Origin: an uncultured Chloroflexia bacterium
Lineage (GTDB): Bacteria > Chloroflexota > Limnocylindria > Limnocylindrales > CSP1-4
Assembly (NCBI GenBank): GCA_963707215.1
Contig: CAVPPB010000003.1
Coordinates: 672,001-736,000 of the forward strand
Direction of reading: 5' to 3'
Length of the DNA: 64,000 bases
This document shows positions 1-9,677 of this stretch, in pieces. Each line of letters opens with the position of its first letter. The first letter of the stretch is position 1. Under the pieces are notes generated by a model. The model was not told the DNA's origin, ran no database searches, and saw only the letters and a list, made by a program, of their open reading frames with translations. The position numbers and the translations under genes were made by a program.

Positions 1-627
1 ACGAGGCCAGGGCGGCAGGCTGCCGATCAGGAGCGCCGGACCGACCAGGTGGGGCGGCTCGGCGGGAAGGCGGGCCACCCGCCAGATGTAGAAGACGAAG
101 AAGCTCACCAGGACCGCCATGTCGACGAGGGCGATCCCCTCGCGGAACGGCAGGGTGAACGCGTAGACCGTGGCGGCCAGGAGGACGATCAGCTCCAGGC
201 CGTGGCCATCCTGCAGGCTGATCGAGGTCTTGCGGAAGCGGATCCAGGCCAGGACGACGACCATCGGCCAGGCGATGCCGATGAGGAGACGGTTGGCCCC
301 GGTCATGTTGGCGACCGCGTAGCCGGCGTAGGCCGGGTCCTCGGCGGCCAGATAGGCGAAGGTCGCGTCGACCACGTACTCGGGCAGGATCGCGATGAGA
401 GCCAGCAGCGCGAGCGCGAGGCCCTGGCTGAAGTCGAGCTGGACGACCTCGGCCGCCCAGGAAAGCAGGAACGCCGCTCCGACGATGGCGATGCCATAGA
501 CGAGCGCCTTGAGGGGATCGGCGAGACCGACCCCGCCCAGGACCAGGTAGGCGCCGGGGACCATGACGGCCGCCGCGATGGCCACCAGGAGCCAGCTGCG
601 GGCGGAGGGTCGGGACGCGTCGCTCAT
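1..627 (-). CDS. Na+/Ca2+ (cation:H+) exchanger family membrane protein, 5' part (runs off window)
   Basis: Manual translation from ATG 627: MSDASRPSARSWLLVAIAA...LIAILPEYVVD...AVANMTGANRLLIG; hydrophobic, with an alpha-repeat-like LPE...AN motif. Confidence 0.75.
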   Translation of the reverse strand, partial: MSDASRPSARSWLLVAIAAAVMVPGAYLVLGGVGLADPLKALVYGIAIVGAAFLLSWAAEVVQLDFSQGLALALLALIAILPEYVVDATFAYLAAEDPAYAGYAVANMTGANRLLIGIAWPMVVVLAWIRFRKTSISLQDGHGLELIVLLAATVYAFTLPFREGIALVDMAVLVSFFVFYIWRVARLPAEPPHLVGPALLIGSLPPWPR

Positions 628-716
628 ACAGCGGATGTTCGCATGTCGCGGGCCGGCGGATCAGCCCGCGCCATCCCGGGTCGGTCGGCACCCACTCGCG
701 TGGCCCACGACGCCGA

Positions 717-2420
717 TCAGGCGTCCAGCGACCGCTCCGCCCGGTCGTCGGCTGTCGGGGTCCCGATGGAGCCGTAGAGGGCCCTGGCCGCACCCTCGGA
801 CAGGCGACCCTCACGGACATCCCGGGTGATGAGATCCGGGTCGCGCTCGGCGGGCGGTCCGAACCCTCCGCCGCCCCCCGTCCGGACGACCAGGCGATCA
901 CCCGGCCCGACACGGACCCGGCACTTGGTGATGACCTCGCTGGTCCCGTCGGTACGCTCCAGCACGACGAGCGCCGGTTGGCCCGAGGATCCGCCCTCGC
1001 TGCCCCAGGCGGCGTGGGACGGCCTGCTCTGCTCCGTGTAGGCGACCAGGTCGCAGGCACCGGTGAACACGTACTCCCGCAGGATCGCCTGGCCGCCCCG
1101 GAGGCGACCGACGCCAGCCGAGTCGATGGCCAGCTCCGTTCGGGCGATCCGCACGGGGTACTGCATCTCGCACACCTCGGCCGGAAGGATCCCGACGTTC
1201 CCAAGGTAGGTGTCGACGCCGTCGAGCCCGTCCCCGGCCGCCGTCCCCCCCATCCCGCCACCGAGGTCGTCCTGGATGACGGTCGGGTCGCCGGTCCGGG
1301 GATGGCGTCCCTCGGCCGCCAGGCTCGAAAAGCCGACGAAGGCCCCGGCGGCACCCGTCTCGGGATACAGCTGCTGGAACGCCCGGATGATCGTGTCGGT
1401 GATGCGCTGGGATGTCAGGTGACGCAGGCTCACCGCAGCCGGGTAGACGGGATCGACGAGGGACGCTCGGGGAAGGCGAACGCGGATGGCCCGGGCCGTG
1501 CCGCTGTTGGGGGGAGCCTCCGGATCGAAGATCGCCTTGACGGCGAACAAGACGGCCGCCATGACCGCCGAGCGTGGCGCGTTCATGCCACCGGCCATCT
1601 GGGATGCGGTCCCCTCGAAGTCGACCTCGACCTCGTCACCCTGGACGCGGACCGTCACCTCGATCCGGATGTCGTCGTTCCCGACTCCGTCGTTGTCGAG
1701 GTAACCCACGGCCGTCGAGCTGCCGTCGGGGCGCGATCGGATGGCGTGGCGCAGCCGTCGCTCCGTCTGGCCGATGACCTCCTGCATCACCCGGTCGACC
1801 GTGGCAAGCCCGTAGCGCTCGATCATGCCCACGATCCGCGTCCCCCCGAGCTTGACGGCAGCGGTCTGAGCCCGCAGATCGCCGAGCGTCGCCCGCGGCT
1901 CACGTACGTTCGCCTCGATGAAGCGGAGCAGCGGCGCGACCGGTCGACCGGCCTCGAAGAGCCGGAGCGGGGGGAACCGCAGCCCTTCCTCGAAGATGGA
2001 GCGGTTGGCGTACCCCTCGGTCCCTGGGTTCGTCCCGCCGATGTCGACATGGTGGGCCAGCGTCCCCGTCCAGGCGACGAGCCGTTCCCCGTGGAAGACG
2101 GGTGCGAACAGGTGGATGTCGGGCGTGTGGGTCCCGCCCCGATAGGGGTCGTTGGCGATGAAGATGTCGCCCGGCTCCAGGGACTCGGGCGGGTGGTCCT
2201 CGATGAGCGCCTGGAGGGCGAAGGCCATCGCACCGAGGAGCGCCGGGATCGTCTCCGACTGGGCCGCCATCTCGCCCCGCGGGGTGAAGACCGCGCAGGA
2301 GTAATCCAGCATCTCGCGGATGATCGGCGAGTACGAGCTGCGTCGGAGCGACTCGCTCATCTCGGTGGTCGTCGCCACGAGGGCGCTGCCGATGGTCGCG
2401 GCGGTGATCGGGTCGGTCAT
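717..2420 (-). CDS. Hydantoinase B/oxoprolinase family protein
   Basis: LRRSSYSPIIREMLDYSCA, NDPYRGGTHTPD, AHHVDIGG and C-terminal TGGGGGFG motifs. Confidence 0.93.
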   Translation of the reverse strand: MTDPITAATIGSALVATTTEMSESLRRSSYSPIIREMLDYSCAVFTPRGEMAAQSETIPALLGAMAFALQALIEDHPPESLEPGDIFIANDPYRGGTHTPDIHLFAPVFHGERLVAWTGTLAHHVDIGGTNPGTEGYANRSIFEEGLRFPPLRLFEAGRPVAPLLRFIEANVREPRATLGDLRAQTAAVKLGGTRIVGMIERYGLATVDRVMQEVIGQTERRLRHAIRSRPDGSSTAVGYLDNDGVGNDDIRIEVTVRVQGDEVEVDFEGTASQMAGGMNAPRSAVMAAVLFAVKAIFDPEAPPNSGTARAIRVRLPRASLVDPVYPAAVSLRHLTSQRITDTIIRAFQQLYPETGAAGAFVGFSSLAAEGRHPRTGDPTVIQDDLGGGMGGTAAGDGLDGVDTYLGNVGILPAEVCEMQYPVRIARTELAIDSAGVGRLRGGQAILREYVFTGACDLVAYTEQSRPSHAAWGSEGGSSGQPALVVLERTDGTSEVITKCRVRVGPGDRLVVRTGGGGGFGPPAERDPDLITRDVREGRLSEGAARALYGSIGTPTADDRAERSLDA

Positions 2421-4462
2421 GCCTCGCTCCGCTCGATGAGCAGGCAGTCGAGCGCCGCTACCCGCGCTGTGTGGCCGGGAGGCACGAGAACGGTCGTGTC
2501 GAGTTGCTCGACGATGGCGGGTCCGACGAACCGGTCCCCCGGACCGAGCGCGGCCCGGTCGATCACGCGGGTGTCCAGGAAGGCGGCTGCCTCCGCGAAC
2601 CAGACCCGACGCGAGCGCTCGCCTCCCCCGGATCGGATGAACGCGCCCTCATGATGCGTCGTCGGCCGCGGGAACCGGCCGGTCGCGACGACTCGAACGG
2701 CGACCGACTCGACGGGCTGGTCCGGGGCGGCGTGGCCGTAGACGCGTTCGTGCTGGACGTGAAATCGCTCGACGATCCGGGCCACCGGCTCGCCGGGTCC
2801 CACCGGGACGGTCAGCGTCCACTCCTGGCCGACGGCTCGCAGGTCGATGGCACGCTCGAAGCGACGATCGGGTGGCTTGACCCGGTCGGCCGTGAGACGG
2901 TCGGCGGCCGCCGCCTCCAGGTCGGCGAAGGCGCGCTCGAGCCGGGCCTCGTCGAGTTCGGCCGCGAAGGCCAGCAGCGGGCCGGAGAGGTCGTGTCGGA
3001 GGTCGGTCGCCAGCAGGCCGAGCGCCGAGAGCAGGCCCGGTGTCCGGGGGATGCAGACGGCGGGCATGCCGAGTTCGGCCGCCAGTTGCACGGCGTGGAG
3101 GGGGCCGGCCCCGCCGCCGGCGACCAGGACCGCATCTCGCAGGTCGTCGCCGTGCCGGGCGGCCGTCGCGCGGATGGCCCCGATCATGTTCGCGTCGGCC
3201 ACGGCCACCACTCCCCGAGCGGCCTCATCGATCCCGAGGTCGAGCGGGCGTGCGACCCCCCGCTCGATGGCCTCCCGGGCCAGCCGGACATCGAGTCGGA
3301 CCTCCCCGCCCAGGAACGCGTCGGGGTCGAGCCGCCCGAGGACGAGGTGGGCGTCGGTCAGCGTCGGCGCGGTCCCGCCCGTGCCGTAGCAGGCCGGCCC
3401 CGGGTCGGCCCCGGCGCTCTGGGGACCCACACGGAGGGCACCGCCCGCGTCGACGGAGGCGATGCTCCCACCCCCGGCTCCGATGGCCTCGACCTCGAGG
3501 GTCGGGATCTGGAGCGGGAGGCCCGTCGGGAGCGTCATGCCGATCCGCATCCGTGGTGCCCCGTCGACGACGACCCCGATGTCGGCGCTGGTGCCGCCGA
3601 TGTCGAGCGTGACCGACTCGGAGAAGCCGACCGCCGCCGCGACATAGCTGCCACCGATCACGCCGGCGGCCGGCCCGGAGAGGACGAGCCGGTGGGCGTG
3701 CTCGCCGGTCGACCTGCGGGCCGTCGCCAGCCCGCCGTTGCTCTGCATCACGTGGAGAGGAACGCGGTACCCGGCCCTCGAGAGGTCGCCAGCCAGGGTG
3801 CCGATGTAGCGGTCCAGGAGCGGCGCGAGCGACGCGTTGGCCGCGGTCGTCGCGGTCCTCGGATACTCCCGCAGCTCCGGGCTCACCGCGCTCGATCGGG
3901 CGACATAGAGGTCCGGCGCGACGGACCGGACGATCGCCTCGACCTGTTCCTCGTGCCGCGGATCGACGAACGAGAACAGCATCGCGATCGCGATCGAGTC
4001 GACCCCCATGCCCACCAGTCGGCGAACCTGGGCAGCGACCTCGTCGGCGTCGATCGTCTCGAGCTCCGTCCCGTCGAAGGCGATGCGCCCGGCGATCTCG
4101 AGCCGCCGGTCCCGTGGGATCGGGACATGTCGGTCAGGCTGATGGAGCCGGTAGAGCGACGGTCGCTGCTGGGTCCCGATCTCGAGGACGTCGCGGAACC
4201 CACGGTTGGTCAGCAGACCCGCGGCCGCCAGCTCACCGGTGATGACGGCGTTCGTGGCGATCGTGGTGCCGTGGGCGACGAAGTCGATGTCGCCCGCCTC
4301 CGACCCTGCCGCGTCGAGCAGCCGGTGTAGCCCTTCGCTCACGGCAAGGTGGGGCTCTCTCGGGCGCGACGGCACCTTGGCGGTCACCAGGTCGCCGATC
4401 GCCGGATCCCACAGCACGCAGTCGGTGAAGGTGCCCCCCGTGTCGATCCCGACCCGTCGCAC
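2417..4462 (-). CDS. Hydantoinase A/oxoprolinase family protein (ATP-binding subunit)
   Basis: GIDTGGTFTD, HGTTIATNA, SGPAAG, DIGGTSAD and GAGGGS motifs; start reassigned to GTG 4462, just before the first motif. Confidence 0.92.
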   Translation of the reverse strand: MRRVGIDTGGTFTDCVLWDPAIGDLVTAKVPSRPREPHLAVSEGLHRLLDAAGSEAGDIDFVAHGTTIATNAVITGELAAAGLLTNRGFRDVLEIGTQQRPSLYRLHQPDRHVPIPRDRRLEIAGRIAFDGTELETIDADEVAAQVRRLVGMGVDSIAIAMLFSFVDPRHEEQVEAIVRSVAPDLYVARSSAVSPELREYPRTATTAANASLAPLLDRYIGTLAGDLSRAGYRVPLHVMQSNGGLATARRSTGEHAHRLVLSGPAAGVIGGSYVAAAVGFSESVTLDIGGTSADIGVVVDGAPRMRIGMTLPTGLPLQIPTLEVEAIGAGGGSIASVDAGGALRVGPQSAGADPGPACYGTGGTAPTLTDAHLVLGRLDPDAFLGGEVRLDVRLAREAIERGVARPLDLGIDEAARGVVAVADANMIGAIRATAARHGDDLRDAVLVAGGGAGPLHAVQLAAELGMPAVCIPRTPGLLSALGLLATDLRHDLSGPLLAFAAELDEARLERAFADLEAAAADRLTADRVKPPDRRFERAIDLRAVGQEWTLTVPVGPGEPVARIVERFHVQHERVYGHAAPDQPVESVAVRVVATGRFPRPTTHHEGAFIRSGGGERSRRVWFAEAAAFLDTRVIDRAALGPGDRFVGPAIVEQLDTTVLVPPGHTARVAALDCLLIERSEA

Positions 4463-4520
4463 GGCTACGGGTCCTGGCGCGAGGGACCGGAGGCCGGGAC
4501 GACCGGCAGCACGAGCCGCA

Positions 4521-6671
4521 TTGGTCCATTCTGAAGGCAGATGGGGTGGTCGTGGTCGGCCATCCTGCCAGGAGCGGGGAGGGAGATCGACGGATCGACG
4601 CAGCGACGGCGCCGAGCCCGACCGCGGCTGGCTGGTCGGGATCGACGTCGGCGGGACATTCACCGACGGGGTGGCCATCGGACCCGCGGGCGAGATGGTC
4701 GTCGCCAAGGTCGCCAGCAGCGCCCAGGACCCGGCCCAGGGCCTGATCGAGGCAGTGGATCGGCTGATCGAGGAGGGCATGCCCGGGACCGCGGTCCGGC
4801 TCGCCTTCCACGGGACGACCATCGCCACGAACGCGGTGATCACGGGGTCCCTCGCCCCGGTCACGCTCCTCGCCACCTCCGGCGGCACCGACGTCCTTGC
4901 CTACCGCAGCGGCCGTCGCCCGCGTATGTACGATCTCCGCCAGCCCCGGCCCGACCAGCTGGTCCCTGCCGAGCGGCGCGTCGGGGTGGCCGAGCGGCTG
5001 CGGGACGACGGTTCGGTGCATCGGGCCCTCGCGCCGGCCGAGATCGAGCGGCTGCTGGTCGAGCTGGAGGAGCGGCGGCCCGAGGCCGTGGCGATCAGCC
5101 TCCTGTTCAGCTACCGCAACGGCGACCACGAGCACCGGCTGGCCGAGGCGATCCGGGCCCGCTGGCCGTCGCTGGCCGTCGCTGTCTCGTCGGAGGTCGC
5201 CCGCGAGATCCGCGAGTACCCTCGCACCGTAACCACGGTCATCAACGCCGGGCTGCGGCCCGTCCTCGATCGATACATGTCTCAGGCGGCCGAGGCGCTC
5301 CGGGAGCGTCTCCCGGAGGCCCGACTCCTGGTCATGCAATCGAGCGGCGGCAGCGTCCCCTCGGAGCAGGCAGCCCTGGAAGCCCATCGCCTGCTCGTCT
5401 CCGGGCCGGCCGGCGGCGTGGCGGCCGCGGTGGCCGCGGCCGAGGGCCAGGGCGCCGGCGACCTGATCGCCCTCGACATGGGCGGGACATCGGCCGACGT
5501 ATCGCTGATCCGGGGCGGGCGGGCGCAGGTCGTCAGCGAGCAGGACGTCGACGGGCATCCCGTGCTGGCACCGGCGATCGACATCCGGACGATCGGCGCG
5601 GGTGGGGGATCCATCGTGACCGTCGATGCCGGCGGCTCGCTCCGGGTCGGTCCCGCGAGCGCCGGGTCCGAGCCCGGCCCCGCGAGCTACGGTCGGGGCG
5701 GAACGTCGGCCACGGTGACCGACGCCCATGTCGTCTGTGGTGTGCTGGGCGGGGGGATCCGCCTCGCTGGGACGCTCGAACTCGACCGGCGGCGGGCCAT
5801 CGAGGCCTTCGAGCCCCTCGCGTCGTCGCTCGCCCTGTCGGTCGAGGCGGCGGCCGAAGCGGCGCTCGAGGTCGCCACGGCCGGCCTGATCCGGGCCATC
5901 CGCGGGGTGACGGTCGAACGGGGGATCGATCCGGCCGAGTGTCGCCTGGTCGCCTACGGCGGAGCCGGCCCGCTCCACGCCGGGCGGCTCGTCCGCGAAC
6001 TCGGCCTGTCGGAGGCGATCGTCCCGGTCACGCCGGGGCTCTTCTCGGCACGCGGGCTGCTGGCGGCCGACATCCGGTACGACCTCGCCCAGACGATCCT
6101 CACGCGCTTTGAGGCCGGGACCGAAGCGGCGCTCGCCGAGTGGTTCTCTCGCGCACGCACCGAGCTGTCCGCACGCCTCGAGGCCGACGGTATCCCGCCA
6201 GCGGCTCGCCGGTTCGAGGCCCGGGCGGATTGCCGGTACCTGGGCCAGGGCTACGAGCTCGTCGTGACAGCCGGCACGGGCGACCGATCCGATGCCGCCC
6301 TGATCGGGGAGCGGTTCCACGCCGTCCACGTGGCGACGTATGGGCACGCCGCTCCCGATGAGCCCGTCGAGGTGGTGACCGCCCGGCTGGCCGCCTTCGG
6401 CGGCTTGCCGCGGCTGGCCGCCGCGACGCTTCCTGCAGGCGGCGAGCTCCCGCCCGAGGAGGCGCTCATGGAGCACCGGCCCGTGCTGTTCCCCGGAGCG
6501 ACGGAGCCGCAACCGGTCCCGGCGATCGATCGGTCGGTCCTGCTCGCCGGCAACCGGGTACCAGGGCCGGCCATCGTCCATCAGCTCGACGCGACCACCG
6601 TCGTGCTCGAGGGCCAGACGGCGCTCGTCGACGAGCGCGGGGACCTCCGCCTTGCGGAGGACAGCCGGTGA
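4521..6671 (+). CDS. Hydantoinase A/oxoprolinase family protein (second copy); start uncertain (4521-4632)
   Basis: GIDVGGTFTD, HGTTIATNA, SGPAGG and DMGGTSAD motifs; no in-frame ATG near the expected start (TTG 4521 is the nearest standard start codon). Confidence 0.88.
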   Translation: MVHSEGRWGGRGRPSCQERGGRSTDRRSDGAEPDRGWLVGIDVGGTFTDGVAIGPAGEMVVAKVASSAQDPAQGLIEAVDRLIEEGMPGTAVRLAFHGTTIATNAVITGSLAPVTLLATSGGTDVLAYRSGRRPRMYDLRQPRPDQLVPAERRVGVAERLRDDGSVHRALAPAEIERLLVELEERRPEAVAISLLFSYRNGDHEHRLAEAIRARWPSLAVAVSSEVAREIREYPRTVTTVINAGLRPVLDRYMSQAAEALRERLPEARLLVMQSSGGSVPSEQAALEAHRLLVSGPAGGVAAAVAAAEGQGAGDLIALDMGGTSADVSLIRGGRAQVVSEQDVDGHPVLAPAIDIRTIGAGGGSIVTVDAGGSLRVGPASAGSEPGPASYGRGGTSATVTDAHVVCGVLGGGIRLAGTLELDRRRAIEAFEPLASSLALSVEAAAEAALEVATAGLIRAIRGVTVERGIDPAECRLVAYGGAGPLHAGRLVRELGLSEAIVPVTPGLFSARGLLAADIRYDLAQTILTRFEAGTEAALAEWFSRARTELSARLEADGIPPAARRFEARADCRYLGQGYELVVTAGTGDRSDAALIGERFHAVHVATYGHAAPDEPVEVVTARLAAFGGLPRLAAATLPAGGELPPEEALMEHRPVLFPGATEPQPVPAIDRSVLLAGNRVPGPAIVHQLDATTVVLEGQTALVDERGDLRLAEDSR

Positions 6672-8272
6672 ACCGGACCACCCGCTTCGAGGTCCTCCAT
6701 GCCGCGCTCCTCTCGGCCACCGACGAGATGGGGATCGTCCTCAAGCGCTCGAGCCACAGCCCGATCATCCGCGAGATGGATGACTTCAGCTGCGCGATCT
6801 TCGATGCCGAGGGATCGCTCGTCGCCCAGGGCGACTTCATCCCGGCCCAGCTCGGGGCGATGAGCACCGTCGTCCGGTCGACCCTGGCGCGCCATCGAGA
6901 CTCCGTGGCCGAGGGCGATGTCTTCATCGCCAACGACCCGTACGACGGCGGCGCCCACACCCTCGACGTCAACGTGCTCGCGCCGATCTTCGTCGATGGT
7001 CGGCTCGTGGCCTGGTCCGGGACGGCGGCCCACCATGCCGACTTCGGCGGTCCCAACCCGGGCACCGAGGGTCCGGCCCTCGGCGATCTGTTCGCCGAGG
7101 GCCTGGTGCTGCCCCCGATCCACCTTCACCGGGCCGGCCGCCCCATCGACGACGTCTACGACCTGGTCGCGGCCAATGTCCGCGAGCCGGTGGCGACCCT
7201 CTCCGACCTCCGGGCCCAGGTCGCGGCCTGTGCGGCCGGAGGTCGAAGGGTGCTCGAGCTGGTCGACCGCTACGGGGTCGACGTCCTGACGGCGACGCTG
7301 GCGGAGGTGCTCGACTACGGCGAGCGCCGGGCTGCGGCGCGACTGGCCGAGCTGCCGGACGGCATGACCGAGGCCGAGGGCTTCCTCGACGACGACGGCC
7401 GGGATGGTCCCCCGACGAGGATCCACGCCCGCCTGGTCAAGCGCGGCGGGACCCTGACGGTAGACCTGAGTGGCTCGGCGCCGCAGATCGCCGGCGCGCT
7501 CAACAACCCCTGGGCCACCACGCGCGCCTGCGTCGTCTACCTGGTGAAGGCGCTCACGGACCCGGAGTTCCCGTTCAACGACGGGGCGATGCGGGTCATC
7601 GACATCGTCTGCCCGGAGGGGTCGGTCCTGCGCCCACGCCGGCCGGGGGCAGTGAGCGTCCGGCACCTCACGGCGCAGAGGACCGCGGACACCCTGGTCC
7701 GGGCAGCCGGGGCACTCTGGCCCCGACTCGACGTCGGGAGCGGCATGGTCGGCTTCTTCGGCTTCAACCTTGCCTGCACGTCGCGCCGGACAGGTCGCCG
7801 GACGACGATGCAGGACGTCCTGGGTGGCGGCACCGGGGGGCACCCGGGCGACGGCGGGCTGGACGGGGTCGACACGTACATGTCGAACGTCGGCCTGCTG
7901 CCCATCGAGGTCGCCGAGAGCGAGTACCCGGTCCTCGTGCTCGATACGTCGCTGCTGCCCGACAGCGGTGGCGCCGGGCAGCACCCCGGTGGCTCCGGGA
8001 TCCGCCGGGACTACCTCGTGTTGGAAGGACCGGACCACGCCACGGTCTACTGCGAGCAGAGCGACGACCGCTTCGTCCCCCGGGGTGTGGCCGGCGGGGA
8101 GGACGGCAGCCCGACCCGGTTCCGGATCCTCGACCCGGACGGGAACGTCATCCCGACCCGTTCCAAGACGACGGTCACGCTCCAGCCGGGTTCGCGCGTC
8201 ATCGTGGAGACGGGCGGCGGGGGCGGCTGGGGAGATCCCGGGGCCGTGTCGACCGACGCCTCGGCACCCTGA
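6668..8272 (+). CDS. Hydantoinase B/oxoprolinase family protein (second copy)
   Basis: LKRSSHSPIIREMDDFSCA, NDPYDGGAHTLD, AHHADFGG and TGGGGGWG; 4-nt overlap with the upstream A subunit. Confidence 0.93.
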   Translation: MNRTTRFEVLHAALLSATDEMGIVLKRSSHSPIIREMDDFSCAIFDAEGSLVAQGDFIPAQLGAMSTVVRSTLARHRDSVAEGDVFIANDPYDGGAHTLDVNVLAPIFVDGRLVAWSGTAAHHADFGGPNPGTEGPALGDLFAEGLVLPPIHLHRAGRPIDDVYDLVAANVREPVATLSDLRAQVAACAAGGRRVLELVDRYGVDVLTATLAEVLDYGERRAAARLAELPDGMTEAEGFLDDDGRDGPPTRIHARLVKRGGTLTVDLSGSAPQIAGALNNPWATTRACVVYLVKALTDPEFPFNDGAMRVIDIVCPEGSVLRPRRPGAVSVRHLTAQRTADTLVRAAGALWPRLDVGSGMVGFFGFNLACTSRRTGRRTTMQDVLGGGTGGHPGDGGLDGVDTYMSNVGLLPIEVAESEYPVLVLDTSLLPDSGGAGQHPGGSGIRRDYLVLEGPDHATVYCEQSDDRFVPRGVAGGEDGSPTRFRILDPDGNVIPTRSKTTVTLQPGSRVIVETGGGGGWGDPGAVSTDASAP

Positions 8273-8286
8273 AGGGCCCTCGGCCG

Positions 8287-8311
8287 GACGGCCTCCCGAA
8301 GGAGGTCCGTC
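8287..8311. terminator. GC-rich hairpin between convergent transcription units
   Basis: GACGG-CCTCC cgaa GGAGG-t-CCGTC; no U-tract. Confidence 0.4.
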
Positions 8312-8326
8312 AGCGCAGGCGCGGGA

Positions 8327-8488
8327 TCAGTGGTGCTCTGCGATCCGGACGCACTCGAGGCCCCCGGCCCCCGCCAGGTCGAGAGCCGGGGCGAAGGGAT
8401 CGACCTGCGGGCGAGGGTCGCCGGGGTACCGCTGGCCGGTGACGAGCTCGGACCCGAACCGGACGGATCCGCCGGCCGAAGGGCTCAC
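8327..8488 (-). pseudogene. Degenerate N-terminal remnant of an LLM-class (luciferase-like) flavin oxidoreductase
   Basis: 53 aa, ...VRFGSELVTGQRYPGDPR...ALDLAGAGGLECVRIAEHH*, resembling the LLM N-terminus up to the EHH motif; its GTG overlaps the C45 stop. Confidence 0.55.
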
Positions 8489-9657
8489 CGGGCCACGCCC
8501 GCCGGGGCCCCGTCGCGCAACGGCGACGGCTTGGCGAGGAACTCCCGGTAGTCGAGACGTCGGTAGCCGGCCGTGCAGGGATGGCCGTCGGCGACCCACA
8601 TCGTCCGCGCATCGAGGTCCATGAGGACCGAGGCGATGGTCGCACTCTGGTCCAGCCGATCCATCCGGGGGTCGGGGTGACAGCAGATGCCGGATGGGTA
8701 GTTGGCATGGTCGGCCAGGAGGCCCGCGAGGTCGTCCATCGAGAGCCCCCCGCCGGCCGCGCCGGCCGCGCCGACGGCCGTCCGGAGCCGCTCCAGGCGG
8801 AACGGGCTGTCGGCCATGGCCCAGAGGGACACGTCGCGCACCGGGAGCCGATCGGCGAGGAAGTGGTTCGTGTGCAGGAGGATCCCGTCGTCGGGGTACG
8901 ACAGGTAGAGCCGGCTGAAGTCACCGGGTGACGCCTCGACATCGACCGCCATGCCGTCCCGGTGGGCCACCAGGTAGTTGGCGCTCGAGGAGCGACGGCC
9001 AGCCTGGAGCGCCACCAGGGCGTCGGACAGGACCTCCGCGTCGAGGATCGACCGGAGGAGGACGTGGTAGGGCAGGCCCGGCTCGCCGCGGTCGTGGTCG
9101 GTGACCAGGGCGTTCGTGGCAAGCCCGATCCCGGAGGAGTTCATGCCGGTCTTGGCGAGCAGACCCGCCTCGACGACGGTGACGAAGTCGGGCCCGTCCT
9201 CCTGCTCGGCCTCGAGGACGACGACGGTATCGTCGCAGTGGAGCAGCCAGTCCCAGTTCTGGCCGATGAGGGTGTGGCCATCTTCCGACGCCTCGGGTAG
9301 GACCGCGATCGCGCTGCACTCGAGCGGCGGCGCCCCGGCAGCCTCGGCCTGGCGGGCCCTCGCGGCGAACATGACCTCGGTCCGAACGTTGATCGCCAGG
9401 ATGTCCGCGAGGTCGGTCCCGGCCCCGTCGGCGATCCCGCGCATCTCCTCCACGGCCTTCGGGACGTGGGCCGAGATGACCGGCAGGTAGGCCAGGGCCT
9501 GCTCGCGGACGTGCGACCAATCCCATGAGGCGTACGCCTGGAACACCTCCCGGTAGGCCGCGATCGACGTCGCCACCCGGTCGGCGACCGCACTCCCGTA
9601 CGCCTCACCGCGCTCGAGCGGGCCGCCGGCCACGCGGACGTGGGGAAAGGTCGTCAT
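8485..9657 (-). CDS. C45 family autoproteolytic acyltransferase/hydrolase (AAT/penicillin-acyltransferase-like Ntn hydrolase)
   Basis: GGPLERGEAYG, LECSAIAV (Cys nucleophile), GQNWDW, GMNSSG and HTNHF motifs. Confidence 0.9.
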   Translation of the reverse strand: MTTFPHVRVAGGPLERGEAYGSAVADRVATSIAAYREVFQAYASWDWSHVREQALAYLPVISAHVPKAVEEMRGIADGAGTDLADILAINVRTEVMFAARARQAEAAGAPPLECSAIAVLPEASEDGHTLIGQNWDWLLHCDDTVVVLEAEQEDGPDFVTVVEAGLLAKTGMNSSGIGLATNALVTDHDRGEPGLPYHVLLRSILDAEVLSDALVALQAGRRSSSANYLVAHRDGMAVDVEASPGDFSRLYLSYPDDGILLHTNHFLADRLPVRDVSLWAMADSPFRLERLRTAVGAAGAAGGGLSMDDLAGLLADHANYPSGICCHPDPRMDRLDQSATIASVLMDLDARTMWVADGHPCTAGYRRLDYREFLAKPSPLRDGAPAGVAR

Positions 9658-9677
9658 GGCACCCCCTCCGTCGTTCG

